Below the pieces are notes generated by a model. It was given only the letters and a program-made list of their open reading frames with translations, did not search any database and was not told the DNA's origin. From the NCBI GenBank assembly GCA_016283295.1, contig JAEEMQ010000024.1, forward strand, positions 325 to 64,324: a DNA stretch of 64,000 bases, read 5' to 3'. Of the stretch, positions 42,971 to 52,690 are shown piece by piece (within the stretch, counting starts at the first letter, position 1; the number at the start of each line of letters is the position of its first letter). The position numbers and the translations under genes are program-made. Source of the DNA: Alphaproteobacteria bacterium. GTDB lineage: Bacteria; Pseudomonadota; Alphaproteobacteria; RF32; CAG-239.

Positions 42971-43438
42971 TCAATAAATCGTCTTGTTCATTTTCTGATA
43001 TTCTGCAAACAACCGCAAACACTCCTCACGGTCAAGTTCATTGATTTCCATAACCGTCTTATCGCAACAATTATTTTCGATAAACCGATAGATAAAATCA
43101 TCGCGGAACCCGATGGCTTCAGCATCTTGAGGCTGACAACCGAAATACACTTTTTTGATGTTGGCCCAAATAATCGCCGCCAAACACATCGGGCACGGAT
43201 AGGCCGTGGTATACAGCACGCAATCGGATAAATCATAACTGCCGATTTTTTTGCAGGCCGCGCGAATGGCGTTGACTTCGGCATGCGCTGTCGGATCGTT
43301 ATCGCGCAACACCGAATTGGAGGCCACCGCCAAAATATCGCCTTTTTCGCTGATGATTGCCGCCCCGAACGGACCGCCGATATTTTCGTTCATGGTTTTG
43401 CGGGCGCGTTCGAGTGCCTGTTGCATTATTTCATTCAT
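42971..43438 (-). CDS. guanine deaminase-like CDA-fold zinc deaminase
   Basis: 155 aa. Motifs IGGPFGAAI, DPTAHAEVNAIR, PCPMCLAAI and GFRDDFIY resemble the small GuaD type. Confidence 0.7.
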   Translation of the reverse strand: MNEIMQQALERARKTMNENIGGPFGAAIISEKGDILAVASNSVLRDNDPTAHAEVNAIRAACKKIGSYDLSDCVLYTTAYPCPMCLAAIIWANIKKVYFGCQPQDAEAIGFRDDFIYRFIENNCCDKTVMEINELDREECLRLFAEYQKMNKTIY

Positions 43439-43548
43439 TAAAGCTTTCCTTCAAAAAATTACCTTACATTTCAGCTTAACATTATCATCTTTACAAAAAG
43501 TAAAAACCGCCGCAAATTGCGACGGTTTTCTTAAACGATGCGCGGAAT

Positions 43549-45054
43549 TTATACATGCACGATGCCGCTCATAAAGGCATAAACCGCAAACACCGCGACC
43601 AGTACCATAAAGCCGGCAATAATCCCCTCACCCACGGTAAAGGCCGGACTTTCCTCATCGCGTTCTTTACACGCCCAAATATAAACCGGAATGCCGATAA
43701 CCATAAAAATTACGGCCAAAAGCAGATATTGCAAACCGGCGGCATAAATCAACCACAATGCATATACTGCGCCGACCATAGCCGAAATCAGAGCCTGAGC
43801 ACGGCGGATATAAAAATTGTTCGGATATTCGTGGTCTTCACAGATTTTCCATAAATAGGCACAGCTGGCAAAATAAGCCGGCAACACCATCACGCCGGTA
43901 ATGCTGAGCATAGTGTTCCACGCGTTGCTCGAAAAATAAACGAGCAACATAAATATCTGCATCAGCGTACTGGTTACCCATAACGATACTGCCGGCGCTT
44001 TATGCTTGTTTTCTTGAGCAAATGCATTCGGGAAAGTGCCGTTGACGGCGGCCGCCTGCGGAATTTGTGCCGTAACCATGGTCCATGCCAGCCAACTGGT
44101 CAGCACCGAAATCAGCAGGCCGATATTCATCAGCCAGGCACCCCATTTGCCGACCAATGCTTCCAAAATGCCGGCGGTCGACGGGTTGGCAATTTTGGCC
44201 AGTTCGCTCTGATGCATTACCCCATACGGCAAAACCGACAGCAACACATAAATCAGCAAACAGCCGGCGAATCCCAAGACCGTGGCGTGTCCGACCGTTT
44301 GCGGCGATTTGGCATGTTTTGACATTACCACCGCTCCTTCGATGCCGATAAACGCCCACAGAGTTACGAGCATGGTGCTCTTAATCTGCGTTGATAAACT
44401 GCCGAGGCCGGCCGAACTTACCGTTTCGTTGCCCCAAAAATCAAACTCGAACAAATTAAAGCGGAACATAAACATCACGATAATGATAAACAATATCAGC
44501 GGCACGATTTTGGCTATCGTTCCGATAAGATTGATGATTGTCGCCTGTTTAATGCCGCGCAAAACCAGCCAGTTAAACCCCCAAATCAACAGCGAACCGC
44601 CGATAATCGACGGCAAGTTATTGCCCCCGGCAAAGTGCGGCGGGAAAAAGTAATTGAGCGCATCCATCGTAATCACGGCATAACCGACGTTGCCGCAAAT
44701 CTGGCACAGCCAATACGACCAACCGATGACAAAGCCGATAAACGGTCCGAATCCGGCTCGACTGTACATATAAATACCGGCAGTCAAATCCGGCTTGGCG
44801 GCCGAAAGAATCCGAAACGTGTTGGCAATAAAATAAACGCCGATACCGGTAATCAGCCACGCCAACAGCACTGCTCCCACCGAAGCTCCTGCCGCCATAT
44901 TCTGCGGCAGACTGTAAATACCGCCGCCAATCATCGAGCTGACAACAATCGCCGCCAATGCCCACACCCCGAGCCCCTGCGCATTATAATTGTTTTGCGA
45001 ATCGGCCGGCGCGGCAGCTTGATTTTCTTTTTTATTCATCTTTACCCCTTTCAT
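43549..45054 (-). CDS. APC-family amino acid antiporter, AaxC-like arginine/agmatine exchanger (by context)
   Basis: About 12 TM helices, APC-type sequence. Immediately downstream of the decarboxylase gene. The likely start is the second ATG, at 45039 (AGGGG ribosome-binding site). Confidence 0.65.
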   Translation of the reverse strand: MKGVKMNKKENQAAAPADSQNNYNAQGLGVWALAAIVVSSMIGGGIYSLPQNMAAGASVGAVLLAWLITGIGVYFIANTFRILSAAKPDLTAGIYMYSRAGFGPFIGFVIGWSYWLCQICGNVGYAVITMDALNYFFPPHFAGGNNLPSIIGGSLLIWGFNWLVLRGIKQATIINLIGTIAKIVPLILFIIIVMFMFRFNLFEFDFWGNETVSSAGLGSLSTQIKSTMLVTLWAFIGIEGAVVMSKHAKSPQTVGHATVLGFAGCLLIYVLLSVLPYGVMHQSELAKIANPSTAGILEALVGKWGAWLMNIGLLISVLTSWLAWTMVTAQIPQAAAVNGTFPNAFAQENKHKAPAVSLWVTSTLMQIFMLLVYFSSNAWNTMLSITGVMVLPAYFASCAYLWKICEDHEYPNNFYIRRAQALISAMVGAVYALWLIYAAGLQYLLLAVIFMVIGIPVYIWACKERDEESPAFTVGEGIIAGFMVLVAVFAVYAFMSGIVHV

Positions 45055-45092
45055 CGTTTAAAGGCGGTGTTTTTGCACCGCCCCTCCTTTTT

Positions 45093-45674
45093 TTATGCTT
45101 TTGCCGGCTCGGCATTTTCAAAATTCAAGAAGCCGAGTGCGGTCAGACAATAGCCGAAGTGCTGGGTTATGTTGATGTAATTATGCCACATCTGGAACTC
45201 GCTGTGTTTTTCCACCCCGCGAATATCCAGCTCGTGCTGCAACGATTTATTGAGCCACATTTCGGCATGACCGCGCGCAATATCGTCGTCAATGTGCGTA
45301 TCAAAATATTCCACGTATTCGGCCGCCCAACCGCCGATTAATTCTCCGTCGGAGTTCTTACCCCAACAAATGCCGACACCGGTGGCAATCGCCTTATGGT
45401 CGTCATGACAAGCGCCGTTGCCGGCCATAATCACTTCCAGCACCGCGCCGTGTTTGAACTGATTAACCACCCGGTCAACCGGCACAATATTACCGTAAAT
45501 TTCCTTAGGTAAAACCGAGGTATAAGGAATAACGTTAAAGTTTTCAATTCGGGCTTGCATCAGGGCCGAATCGTAGCAAAAGGTTTCAAACGGCTGCGGC
45601 GGAATACCGTCGTTGGCCTCGCCGGCACCGCCGGTAATAAAAGCTAAAGTCGGATAACGAACTCCATAAGTCAT
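45093..45674 (-). CDS. aaxB: pyruvoyl-dependent arginine decarboxylase, AaxB type
   Basis: 193 aa from [12 protein letters not shown] (AAAGGAGAAAAAG ribosome-binding site). [10 protein letters not shown] places Thr52-Ser53 at the known AaxB self-cleavage position. Conserved C-terminus [13 protein letters not shown]. Confidence 0.8.
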   Translation of the reverse strand: MTYGVRYPTLAFITGGAGEANDGIPPQPFETFCYDSALMQARIENFNVIPYTSVLPKEIYGNIVPVDRVVNQFKHGAVLEVIMAGNGACHDDHKAIATGVGICWGKNSDGELIGGWAAEYVEYFDTHIDDDIARGHAEMWLNKSLQHELDIRGVEKHSEFQMWHNYINITQHFGYCLTALGFLNFENAEPAKA

Positions 45675-45807
45675 CTTTTTCTCCTTTCTGATTAAAACAA
45701 TGTTATACGCCAGATGACTTATGCTGTTTAAGGCCACTTTCAATATGGCCTTTGGGTATAAAAAAACCTCAAGAAACATTTTACTGTTTTTTGAGGTATG
45801 ACACGGA

Positions 45808-46083
45808 TTAAAGCAAGGTTTGAATCAGCAACTTTTGCGCCGCCGCACACAGAGGATGACGTTGCAGTTGTTGCAAAAGTGCCTTCTTGAGCCGTAACTC
45901 GACCATTCTCACTTGCGCTTCTTTGCAAAATGAAAAATGCGTGGCATATTCAATCAAGATATTTTCATCTTGTCGTTCAACCAATACTACTTGAGCCTCA
46001 TGGCTGAAAAATGTGTGTTCCCACCAACGGCATAACTCGGGCAAACTCCCGGTTTTTGCCAATTCAATTTCTTTCTTGTTCAT
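45808..46083 (-). CDS. 91-aa hypothetical protein
   Basis: ORF only. No recognisable motif. Confidence 0.35.
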   Translation of the reverse strand: MNKKEIELAKTGSLPELCRWWEHTFFSHEAQVVLVERQDENILIEYATHFSFCKEAQVRMVELRLKKALLQQLQRHPLCAAAQKLLIQTLL

Positions 46084-46128
46084 AATGATAATGTTGTTAT
46101 AAATATATAAAAATAATAATTTGAAACT

Positions 46129-46545
46129 TTACTTTTTAAGCTCGGCGCGAATCGCGGTTGTCGAGCGCACCGGCAACAAATCTTTCGGGATACGGTTGCT
46201 GACGACATAGCGCACGCCCAAACCTTCCACAAACGCACGTTTTTCGGCACTATCGCCATCGGAATTAACAAAGAAAATATCCGGCTTTATTTGCTTAATT
46301 TCCTCGGCAAAATCGAGTTTGCCGGAGCCGCGCGCCACAAACGCCTGATGCACAAATTTTATGGACGACACCATATATAACCGCTCGGCTTCGTTATACA
46401 GTGTCGGGCGATGTTTGAGTTCTTCCACGGTTTTATCGGAGCCGATAGAGACGTACAAATCGCCGTATTGCGCGGCCTCTTCAAAAAAGCGAATATGTCC
46501 GCTGTGCAACACATCAAAACAACCCGATACAAACACCTTTGTCAT
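46129..46545 (-). CDS. cytidylyltransferase-family protein (TagD-like, HxGH)
   Basis: 138 aa. Motif VSGCFDVLHSGHIRFFEEA. Last gene of the glycan operon. Confidence 0.8.
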   Translation of the reverse strand: MTKVFVSGCFDVLHSGHIRFFEEAAQYGDLYVSIGSDKTVEELKHRPTLYNEAERLYMVSSIKFVHQAFVARGSGKLDFAEEIKQIKPDIFFVNSDGDSAEKRAFVEGLGVRYVVSNRIPKDLLPVRSTTAIRAELKK

Positions 46546-46546
46546 A

Positions 46547-47557
46547 TTATTTTTCCTCTATCGATAACAACGGAATAAAACCGAGAAGATAGAAACCCTC
46601 TCGATTGATTTTCTGTTTTTCCATAGCAAAAAAAGATTTGTAATCTTTGCCATCTGCCAACCATTTATACAGCTTTTTAATCTCCATTGATTGATTGTGT
46701 TTTTTATAATAGTTTTTTATTTTATTCAAATATTCTTTTTTATATTCAGCGGGCACATCGGCATCAAGGTAATTTATTCTGGAAATAAACTGCTCAGTCA
46801 ATATATTTTTGTATTTATCTATGTCTTTATATTTTTTTACTTCGTTATATATTAAACCATCAATATCTAGTATATCCAGCATTTTTATACTTTTTAATCT
46901 TTTTCCCATAATAGAATCTGCTCGTTGCAAATAAAAATACAAATCTTTATCAATCTCTGAATAAGTATTGCAATGAATCATATAAGCCCACAGCCAGTAC
47001 TCATCTTCGTTAATCAGCCCGACTGGAAAACGAATGTCATATTTATCTATAATCGATTTTTTATAAAGCTTGTTACATGAAACAACCGTAAGATCTTTTC
47101 TTACATCCGGTTGAACAGTGTAGATACCTGTTTTCTTCATATACCAGTCAAATCCTTTTTGTTTTCTTGTCAGTACATCGGTAGAAACTTTTCCGAAACA
47201 TTTAATATGCCCCTGAGCCATATCGGACTTATCATTAATAATGGCATCTGTTAAAATTTTCAAAGTGTGTTTATCGATGTAGTCGTCCGAATCTAAAAAA
47301 TAAACATAGTCACCTTCACATTTGGACAATCCATTATTTCTGCTAACCGCCAAACCTTGATTTTTTTGTGTAATTACTTTTATGCGCTTATCTTTTTTGG
47401 CATATTTATCCAAAACTTTACCGGAATCATCAGTAGAGCCGTCATTAACACAAACAATTTCAATATCCGATAATGTCTGATTTATCACACTATTGAGACA
47501 TTTAGGTAGATATTTCTCCACATTATATATCGGTATAATCACACTTACTTTAGGCAT
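46547..47557 (-). CDS. family 2 glycosyltransferase with shared C-terminal tail
   Basis: VSVIIPIYNVEKYLPKCLNSVINQT...VCVNDGSTD, DSDD. Tail YLLGFIPLLSIEEK. Confidence 0.85.
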   Translation of the reverse strand: MPKVSVIIPIYNVEKYLPKCLNSVINQTLSDIEIVCVNDGSTDDSGKVLDKYAKKDKRIKVITQKNQGLAVSRNNGLSKCEGDYVYFLDSDDYIDKHTLKILTDAIINDKSDMAQGHIKCFGKVSTDVLTRKQKGFDWYMKKTGIYTVQPDVRKDLTVVSCNKLYKKSIIDKYDIRFPVGLINEDEYWLWAYMIHCNTYSEIDKDLYFYLQRADSIMGKRLKSIKMLDILDIDGLIYNEVKKYKDIDKYKNILTEQFISRINYLDADVPAEYKKEYLNKIKNYYKKHNQSMEIKKLYKWLADGKDYKSFFAMEKQKINREGFYLLGFIPLLSIEEK

Positions 47558-47558
47558 T

Positions 47559-48293
47559 TTATTTTTCCTCTATCGATAACAACGGAATAAATCCGAATAA
47601 GTAGTATTTATCAATCTGTCTGTAAAAATCTGCCCATACACTGGCTATTTCTTGATTATTCAGCGCACTGCCGTTAGAGCCGATACCTGTTCCATCAAAA
47701 TCACAAATAATCATATTCAAATGTTTAAATACGCGCTCATGTTCTGTAAAAACAATCCACTTTTCCCAATCACTGGCAATCCTGTATTTCTCATTATATA
47801 ATCCATATTGTCTAAACAGGTCGTACTTGATGAATGCGGCCTGATGCCCTATGCGTCCGTTTCTAAAATATTGCTTACTGACTTTATCCGGATAATGATT
47901 CACCCGAATTTCTTTGCAGTTTTTTACTATTCTCATATCGCCATATAGCACATCGGCATCATAATCCTTATTCTTAAACACCTTTTCCAAAACGTCCTTT
48001 GTTGCAAAGCAATCTCCGCCGTTCATAAAATTAAGCCACTTACCTTTAGCCAGTTTAATGCCTTTATTCATGGCATTATAAATACCTTTATCCGGCTCCG
48101 AAATTAAAACGCTCATCTTTTTTTGATATTTTTTTAAGATATCTACCGTGCCGTCAGTGGAGCCTCCGTCAACCACAATCCATTCAAAATCCTGCCAGGT
48201 CTGATTGACAATGCTCTTGCAAGTGCGCTCTATTTCGTCCTTTATATTATAGCAAATTGTTATAATGCTTAAAGTAGGCGTTTTCTGCTTCAT
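47559..48293 (-). CDS. family 2 glycosyltransferase with shared C-terminal tail
   Basis: LSIITICYN...WIVVDGGSTDGT. Tail YLFGFIPLLSIEEK. Confidence 0.8.
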   Translation of the reverse strand: MKQKTPTLSIITICYNIKDEIERTCKSIVNQTWQDFEWIVVDGGSTDGTVDILKKYQKKMSVLISEPDKGIYNAMNKGIKLAKGKWLNFMNGGDCFATKDVLEKVFKNKDYDADVLYGDMRIVKNCKEIRVNHYPDKVSKQYFRNGRIGHQAAFIKYDLFRQYGLYNEKYRIASDWEKWIVFTEHERVFKHLNMIICDFDGTGIGSNGSALNNQEIASVWADFYRQIDKYYLFGFIPLLSIEEK

Positions 48294-48294
48294 C

Positions 48295-49299
48295 TTACAT
48301 TTCCTCTACACTTAATAACGGGATAAAACCGAACAGTTTATATGTTGCTTTGGTTTTTTGTTGAATTTCAAAAGATGATTGGTATGGATAATGATATTGC
48401 AAATAAGCATGTATACCTTTTGTTGGCTGATTGGCACAAACCAGCGCTGTTCGTGCCGGTGCGTCAGTTCGACGACAACAATTATCGTTCCATAACACGT
48501 CTGAATCTGTATTATCTTTATCCAATATTTTTAACAAAGCCCTTTTTTTTACAACATCAACAATGGATACTATTATGCGCTGAATATCGGTATCTTCGCG
48601 AAATCTATGCTTTCCGGTTCGTTTAAATTCTTCCTTAAACATATTGAAGGTGTCGATATAATACGATTTGCAATACGCATCAACATTGTGATGAGAATGG
48701 TAACGCCGAGCGATTTTGATATTTTGCTTTTGTTCAAAAACATCATATGAGTGCAAAACTTGTTTAGCATGATTATTGCCGCAGAACGGAAAATCGGCAC
48801 GTAATCGAACAATCGGATTGCCGTTCTTATCAAAAAAATCTTGTGGTTTAACCGGTCGGGAAAACATTGTATCGTCATTGGCATACAAAAAATGTTCTGA
48901 TAAATTGGGAATTTTATACAGATAAGCTTCAAGTGCAACCGAGTTAAAAGTCGGTAATGTATTTGCCGGCATCATTTCCGTATGGTCAACAATCGTTACC
49001 TTTTCGTTTTTCGGATTCAGCCACTTCGGTTTTTGATTATCGGTTACGATAAAAATATGATTTATCCACGGCGCATACATTTCCACCGAGCGCAACAAAT
49101 AGCGTAATTCATCAATGGTTTCAAAACGTTCCGGAATAATGTTTTTATCTTGTTGCAAGCCCAGTTTATTCTGCCAATAAATCCGTTTGGCGCGAAACTC
49201 CGGTGTGTCGTCGCACCACAAAATAACCAAGTCTATCGGAAAATCACAGGGATAATCTTTTTCCGGTTTATAGGTATTTTTAAGTGTATAGGTTTTCAT
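48295..49299 (-). CDS. Stealth-family hexose-1-phosphoryltransferase with shared C-terminal tail
   Basis: Stealth CR2-like IDELRYLLRSVEMYAPWINHIFIVTDNQKPKWLN and CR3-like FLYANDDTMF. Tail KLFGFIPLLSVEEM. Confidence 0.7.
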   Translation of the reverse strand: MKTYTLKNTYKPEKDYPCDFPIDLVILWCDDTPEFRAKRIYWQNKLGLQQDKNIIPERFETIDELRYLLRSVEMYAPWINHIFIVTDNQKPKWLNPKNEKVTIVDHTEMMPANTLPTFNSVALEAYLYKIPNLSEHFLYANDDTMFSRPVKPQDFFDKNGNPIVRLRADFPFCGNNHAKQVLHSYDVFEQKQNIKIARRYHSHHNVDAYCKSYYIDTFNMFKEEFKRTGKHRFREDTDIQRIIVSIVDVVKKRALLKILDKDNTDSDVLWNDNCCRRTDAPARTALVCANQPTKGIHAYLQYHYPYQSSFEIQQKTKATYKLFGFIPLLSVEEM

Positions 49300-50207
49300 T
49301 ATTTTTCCTCAATACTCAATATCGGCAAAAAACCGAACAATTTATATTTACGAACCTTTTTAATTTGATGACCGTACAATCCTTTTATAGGGTAGAATTT
49401 TGTTTTTTCCAAAACTTCCAGAAACTCTTGCGCAAACGGAACCGTATCATAATCCCATGGCTTACGGCCGGTATAGTGAATAATAAACGGATTTTTGAAT
49501 GATGCCGCCAGCTTAGAACTGGCATTTCTTTGAGCCCACGCGTGTGCACAAACGCAATATTTCAAATCAATCTGTTTATATTTGTTGGCAAAAATCATAT
49601 TCATGACATCTAAATCAGGCGCTTTTAAATCATCTTTCTTTTCAAGCGTTTTCGCTACCAATTTATCCGCAATTTTATTTTTACGCCAATAGTCTCCGCT
49701 GATGATAATGTTACCGGCTGCAAAATATTTATGTTTGGGATTGATTCCGAATAACTTCTTGCGATATTCATGATTCCATGGAAGTCCATATTTAACTCCG
49801 GTTTCTTCGGTCACGGCTGCCAGACCTTTATTTCCTAAATCTATATCGTAATATTTTTGAATATCGTCCATAAAAATAACATCGGAATCAGTGTATATAA
49901 TTTTATCATATTGCGGTAAAATATCCGCCAAAAAATAACGTGAAAAGGTTGACGTGCTATAGTGCTCTAAATTCGGAAAACGATCCAAATCGAATCTATC
50001 CATATTGACATAGGTCAATTTATAATTATCAAACCGATTTAACGATTGACGTATTAGCTTTTTCTTGGCATCGGATATATTTTGATCCAACACATAAATA
50101 TCTAAAAAAGCCTTTGTTTTATCCAATATGGAATACAGTAGTGTTGCCACTCCTACCGCGTATTTATCGTTACTTGCCGTTACAACCGGTATGGTTTTAT
50201 TTACCAT
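49299..50207 (-). CDS. family 8 glycosyltransferase (LgtC/RfaJ-like) with shared C-terminal tail
   Basis: Motifs VVTASNDKYAVGVATLLYSIL and YTDSDVIF (DxD). Tail KLFGFLPILSIEEK. Confidence 0.8.
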   Translation of the reverse strand: MVNKTIPVVTASNDKYAVGVATLLYSILDKTKAFLDIYVLDQNISDAKKKLIRQSLNRFDNYKLTYVNMDRFDLDRFPNLEHYSTSTFSRYFLADILPQYDKIIYTDSDVIFMDDIQKYYDIDLGNKGLAAVTEETGVKYGLPWNHEYRKKLFGINPKHKYFAAGNIIISGDYWRKNKIADKLVAKTLEKKDDLKAPDLDVMNMIFANKYKQIDLKYCVCAHAWAQRNASSKLAASFKNPFIIHYTGRKPWDYDTVPFAQEFLEVLEKTKFYPIKGLYGHQIKKVRKYKLFGFLPILSIEEK

Positions 50208-50219
50208 GGACCCAAACTC

Positions 50220-50429
50220 CTATACCAACTTTTTGCTGACTTTCATTAACGGAAGACCGAAGGTATAGTATTTGGTCGTGATGTTGTTTTCAAAACGACG
50301 AATCGTAAACACCGGTAAGCCCAAAATCTTCCACGTTTTTTTGCCGCCGCGTTGTGTCCAGCCATATATCGGCAAAATACAGAACAACTTAATAGTGCGT
50401 GAGTGCTTGATTACGTTTTGTTTAGCCAT
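50220..50429 (-). CDS. 69-aa basic mini-protein built of three tail-like motifs
   Basis: AGGAGAGAAAA ribosome-binding site. Motifs KLFCILPIYGW, KILGLPVFTIRR and YTFGLPLMKVSKK resemble the glycosyltransferase tails. First gene of the operon. Confidence 0.55.
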   Translation of the reverse strand: MAKQNVIKHSRTIKLFCILPIYGWTQRGGKKTWKILGLPVFTIRRFENNITTKYYTFGLPLMKVSKKLV

Positions 50430-50501
50430 TTTTCTCTCCTAAAAAAAACACTGATTGCAATTAAATTTAAACTGCAATTTTTTGTATTGTCAGATAGAGA
50501 A

Positions 50502-50530
50502 TCTATATCTTTGCGGATTGTGATTGTCAA
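50502..50530 (-). promoter_or_regulatory. sigma70-like promoter of the glycan operon
   Basis: On the minus strand: TTGACA (50530-50525), 17-bp spacer, TATAGA (50507-50502). Confidence 0.45.
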
Positions 50531-50558
50531 GCAAAATTACGTAATTTTAAGTGCATAA

Positions 50559-52685
50559 TCAGCGATATTTTTTAATGATTGCAACCGCGTGCACAAAGTC
50601 CTCATTTTGGCCGTAATCCTCGATTTTTACCGGCAATTTGCGGCGCCAATTCGGGTGCTTGTCGCGGTCGGTTCCCGGCAGATTTTGCAGCACCTCCACC
50701 CCGAATATATCTTCAAGTTGCGCCAAATACACTATACTGCACGACGAAGATACATACGCCTCAACTGCTTCCATAATACCCTGCGGATAGCCTTCACCGT
50801 ACAGACAATCGCCCTGCCGCGGCTTATCTGCCGGCCATACACCTGCCCAATCCAGTGCCCCGAGCAAGCGTTTACGTTCATCTTCGCGTCCCTTATATTG
50901 ATTTTGCCGCTCGGCATCGTCAAGCATTTTCAGCTTATACATGGTTTCGATATCATAACCGAACCAGCGCATTTTGAGCGGTGCCATATCGTGAGTACCG
51001 ACGGAGCAAAACGCACTCGGCGCAAAATCAAACGGTGCCTTAAAATCGCCGCAGCCGTTCCAACGTTCCGCCCACAACACGCTCAGCGAATAAATGCCGC
51101 GTTCGTGAATTTTATCAATAAAACCGTCCGGCACGTTACCGATGCTTTCGCCCACCACCATACACTTATTCAAATAACTTTCCAATGCCACAATTCCGAG
51201 CATGTCGTCAAAGTTGTAATAAACATAAGTGCCGTCTTCGGAAGCGTCCGGAATAATATATAAACGCATCAGACTCATAACGTGGTCAATTCTGAGTGCC
51301 CCCGCACCTTGCATCGCCGCCCGCAAAATCTTGATAAACGGCCGATATGTCGCTTCTTTCAGGCGATACGGATTAAACGCGCCCAAACACCACTTTTGCC
51401 CGGTCGGGAAAAACACATCGGGCGGAGCTCCGGCACCGCAATTTTTGATAAACAAATCATTGTCCGCCCACAGCTCGGCGCTGTCTTTACACAAACCCAC
51501 CGGCAAATCGCGGTATAATCCGATGCTTAAACCGTTTTCTTCAATTATTTGATATACATTTTGTAATTGCGTATCGGCAACATATTGCAAAAACTTAAAA
51601 AACAAAATCTCTTTTTGATGTGATTTTTTAAACTCCGCCACCGCCGAAGAATGCGGATTTTGCAATTCTTTGGGCCACGCGTTCCACCCGCCGTAAACCT
51701 TATCTTTTTGCTCCGAATAAAGCGCCTGAAAAGTCGCCAGATTATCCAAATCAGCACCGGCTCGGGCACAATATTTCGCAAATTTTTGATATTCTTTGCT
51801 CTGCGGCTTGATAATGAAATTATCAAAAATTTTCTGCAACGCTTTTATTTTTAAATTATACACGGTCGTATAATCAATATCCTTGGCAGAACGCGCCGCG
51901 GCAAGAGCCTTTTCATCAACGTATTGCGGCTTGTAACCGGCCACCTTCTCCACATCAATATAAATCGGATTCAAGAATAATCGGCTGATGGATGAATAAG
52001 GGCTGGCGTTTTCCGGATAATCGTGAAACAGCACGTTGAGCGGATTAACCCCGATAACATCGGCGCCGACTTTTGCACACATCAGGGCAAAATTTTGCAA
52101 ATCGGTAAAATCGCCCACTCCCCAATTACGCGCACTGGTCAAAGAGTAGAGCTGAACGGCAAAACCCCACGGCTTTTTGTGGTGCAGAACTTCCGGCACA
52201 TAACATTTATCGGGAGTTACCGCCAGTACCGAGCGCGATACGTTTTCGCCCGCTTTCAATTCGATATCATAATATTGCGGCGCCAACTCGGAAGTAATTT
52301 CCAGTTGCACCCGCACATATTCGTTGCGACCGATTTGTTTGGTTTCGGCGATGTGCCAGGTATAATCAACCTTAATCGGCTTGCCGTTAAGATTAAGTTG
52401 TAAGCTCAGCGAATCCGTTTTTTCTGCCTTAATTACCGCATCAAAAACTTTTTTCCCGGTACGCACCACATAAATCGGCTCCAAAACGTATTGCCAGCGC
52501 CGGTCCTCGATTTTTTGCAACAAACGCTCGCTCTCATTTTTATCTTTGAGCTTAAATCCGAGATAATTTATCATCTGCCGCAACGTTTCGTCGTCAACGG
52601 TATATACTTTATGGTTTTGCGCCGCATCGCTGAAGGTTTTGGCAATGCCGATTTTTGCAAGTAATGTATCCCAACTGTCCGCCAA
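50559..52685 (-). CDS. malQ: 4-alpha-glucanotransferase (GH77 amylomaltase) with N-terminal extension
   Basis: 708 aa. Includes motifs YRDLPVGL and LRIDHVMSL. Confidence 0.85.
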   Translation of the reverse strand: MADSWDTLLAKIGIAKTFSDAAQNHKVYTVDDETLRQMINYLGFKLKDKNESERLLQKIEDRRWQYVLEPIYVVRTGKKVFDAVIKAEKTDSLSLQLNLNGKPIKVDYTWHIAETKQIGRNEYVRVQLEITSELAPQYYDIELKAGENVSRSVLAVTPDKCYVPEVLHHKKPWGFAVQLYSLTSARNWGVGDFTDLQNFALMCAKVGADVIGVNPLNVLFHDYPENASPYSSISRLFLNPIYIDVEKVAGYKPQYVDEKALAAARSAKDIDYTTVYNLKIKALQKIFDNFIIKPQSKEYQKFAKYCARAGADLDNLATFQALYSEQKDKVYGGWNAWPKELQNPHSSAVAEFKKSHQKEILFFKFLQYVADTQLQNVYQIIEENGLSIGLYRDLPVGLCKDSAELWADNDLFIKNCGAGAPPDVFFPTGQKWCLGAFNPYRLKEATYRPFIKILRAAMQGAGALRIDHVMSLMRLYIIPDASEDGTYVYYNFDDMLGIVALESYLNKCMVVGESIGNVPDGFIDKIHERGIYSLSVLWAERWNGCGDFKAPFDFAPSAFCSVGTHDMAPLKMRWFGYDIETMYKLKMLDDAERQNQYKGREDERKRLLGALDWAGVWPADKPRQGDCLYGEGYPQGIMEAVEAYVSSSCSIVYLAQLEDIFGVEVLQNLPGTDRDKHPNWRRKLPVKIEDYGQNEDFVHAVAIIKKYR

Positions 52686-52690
52686 TTATT

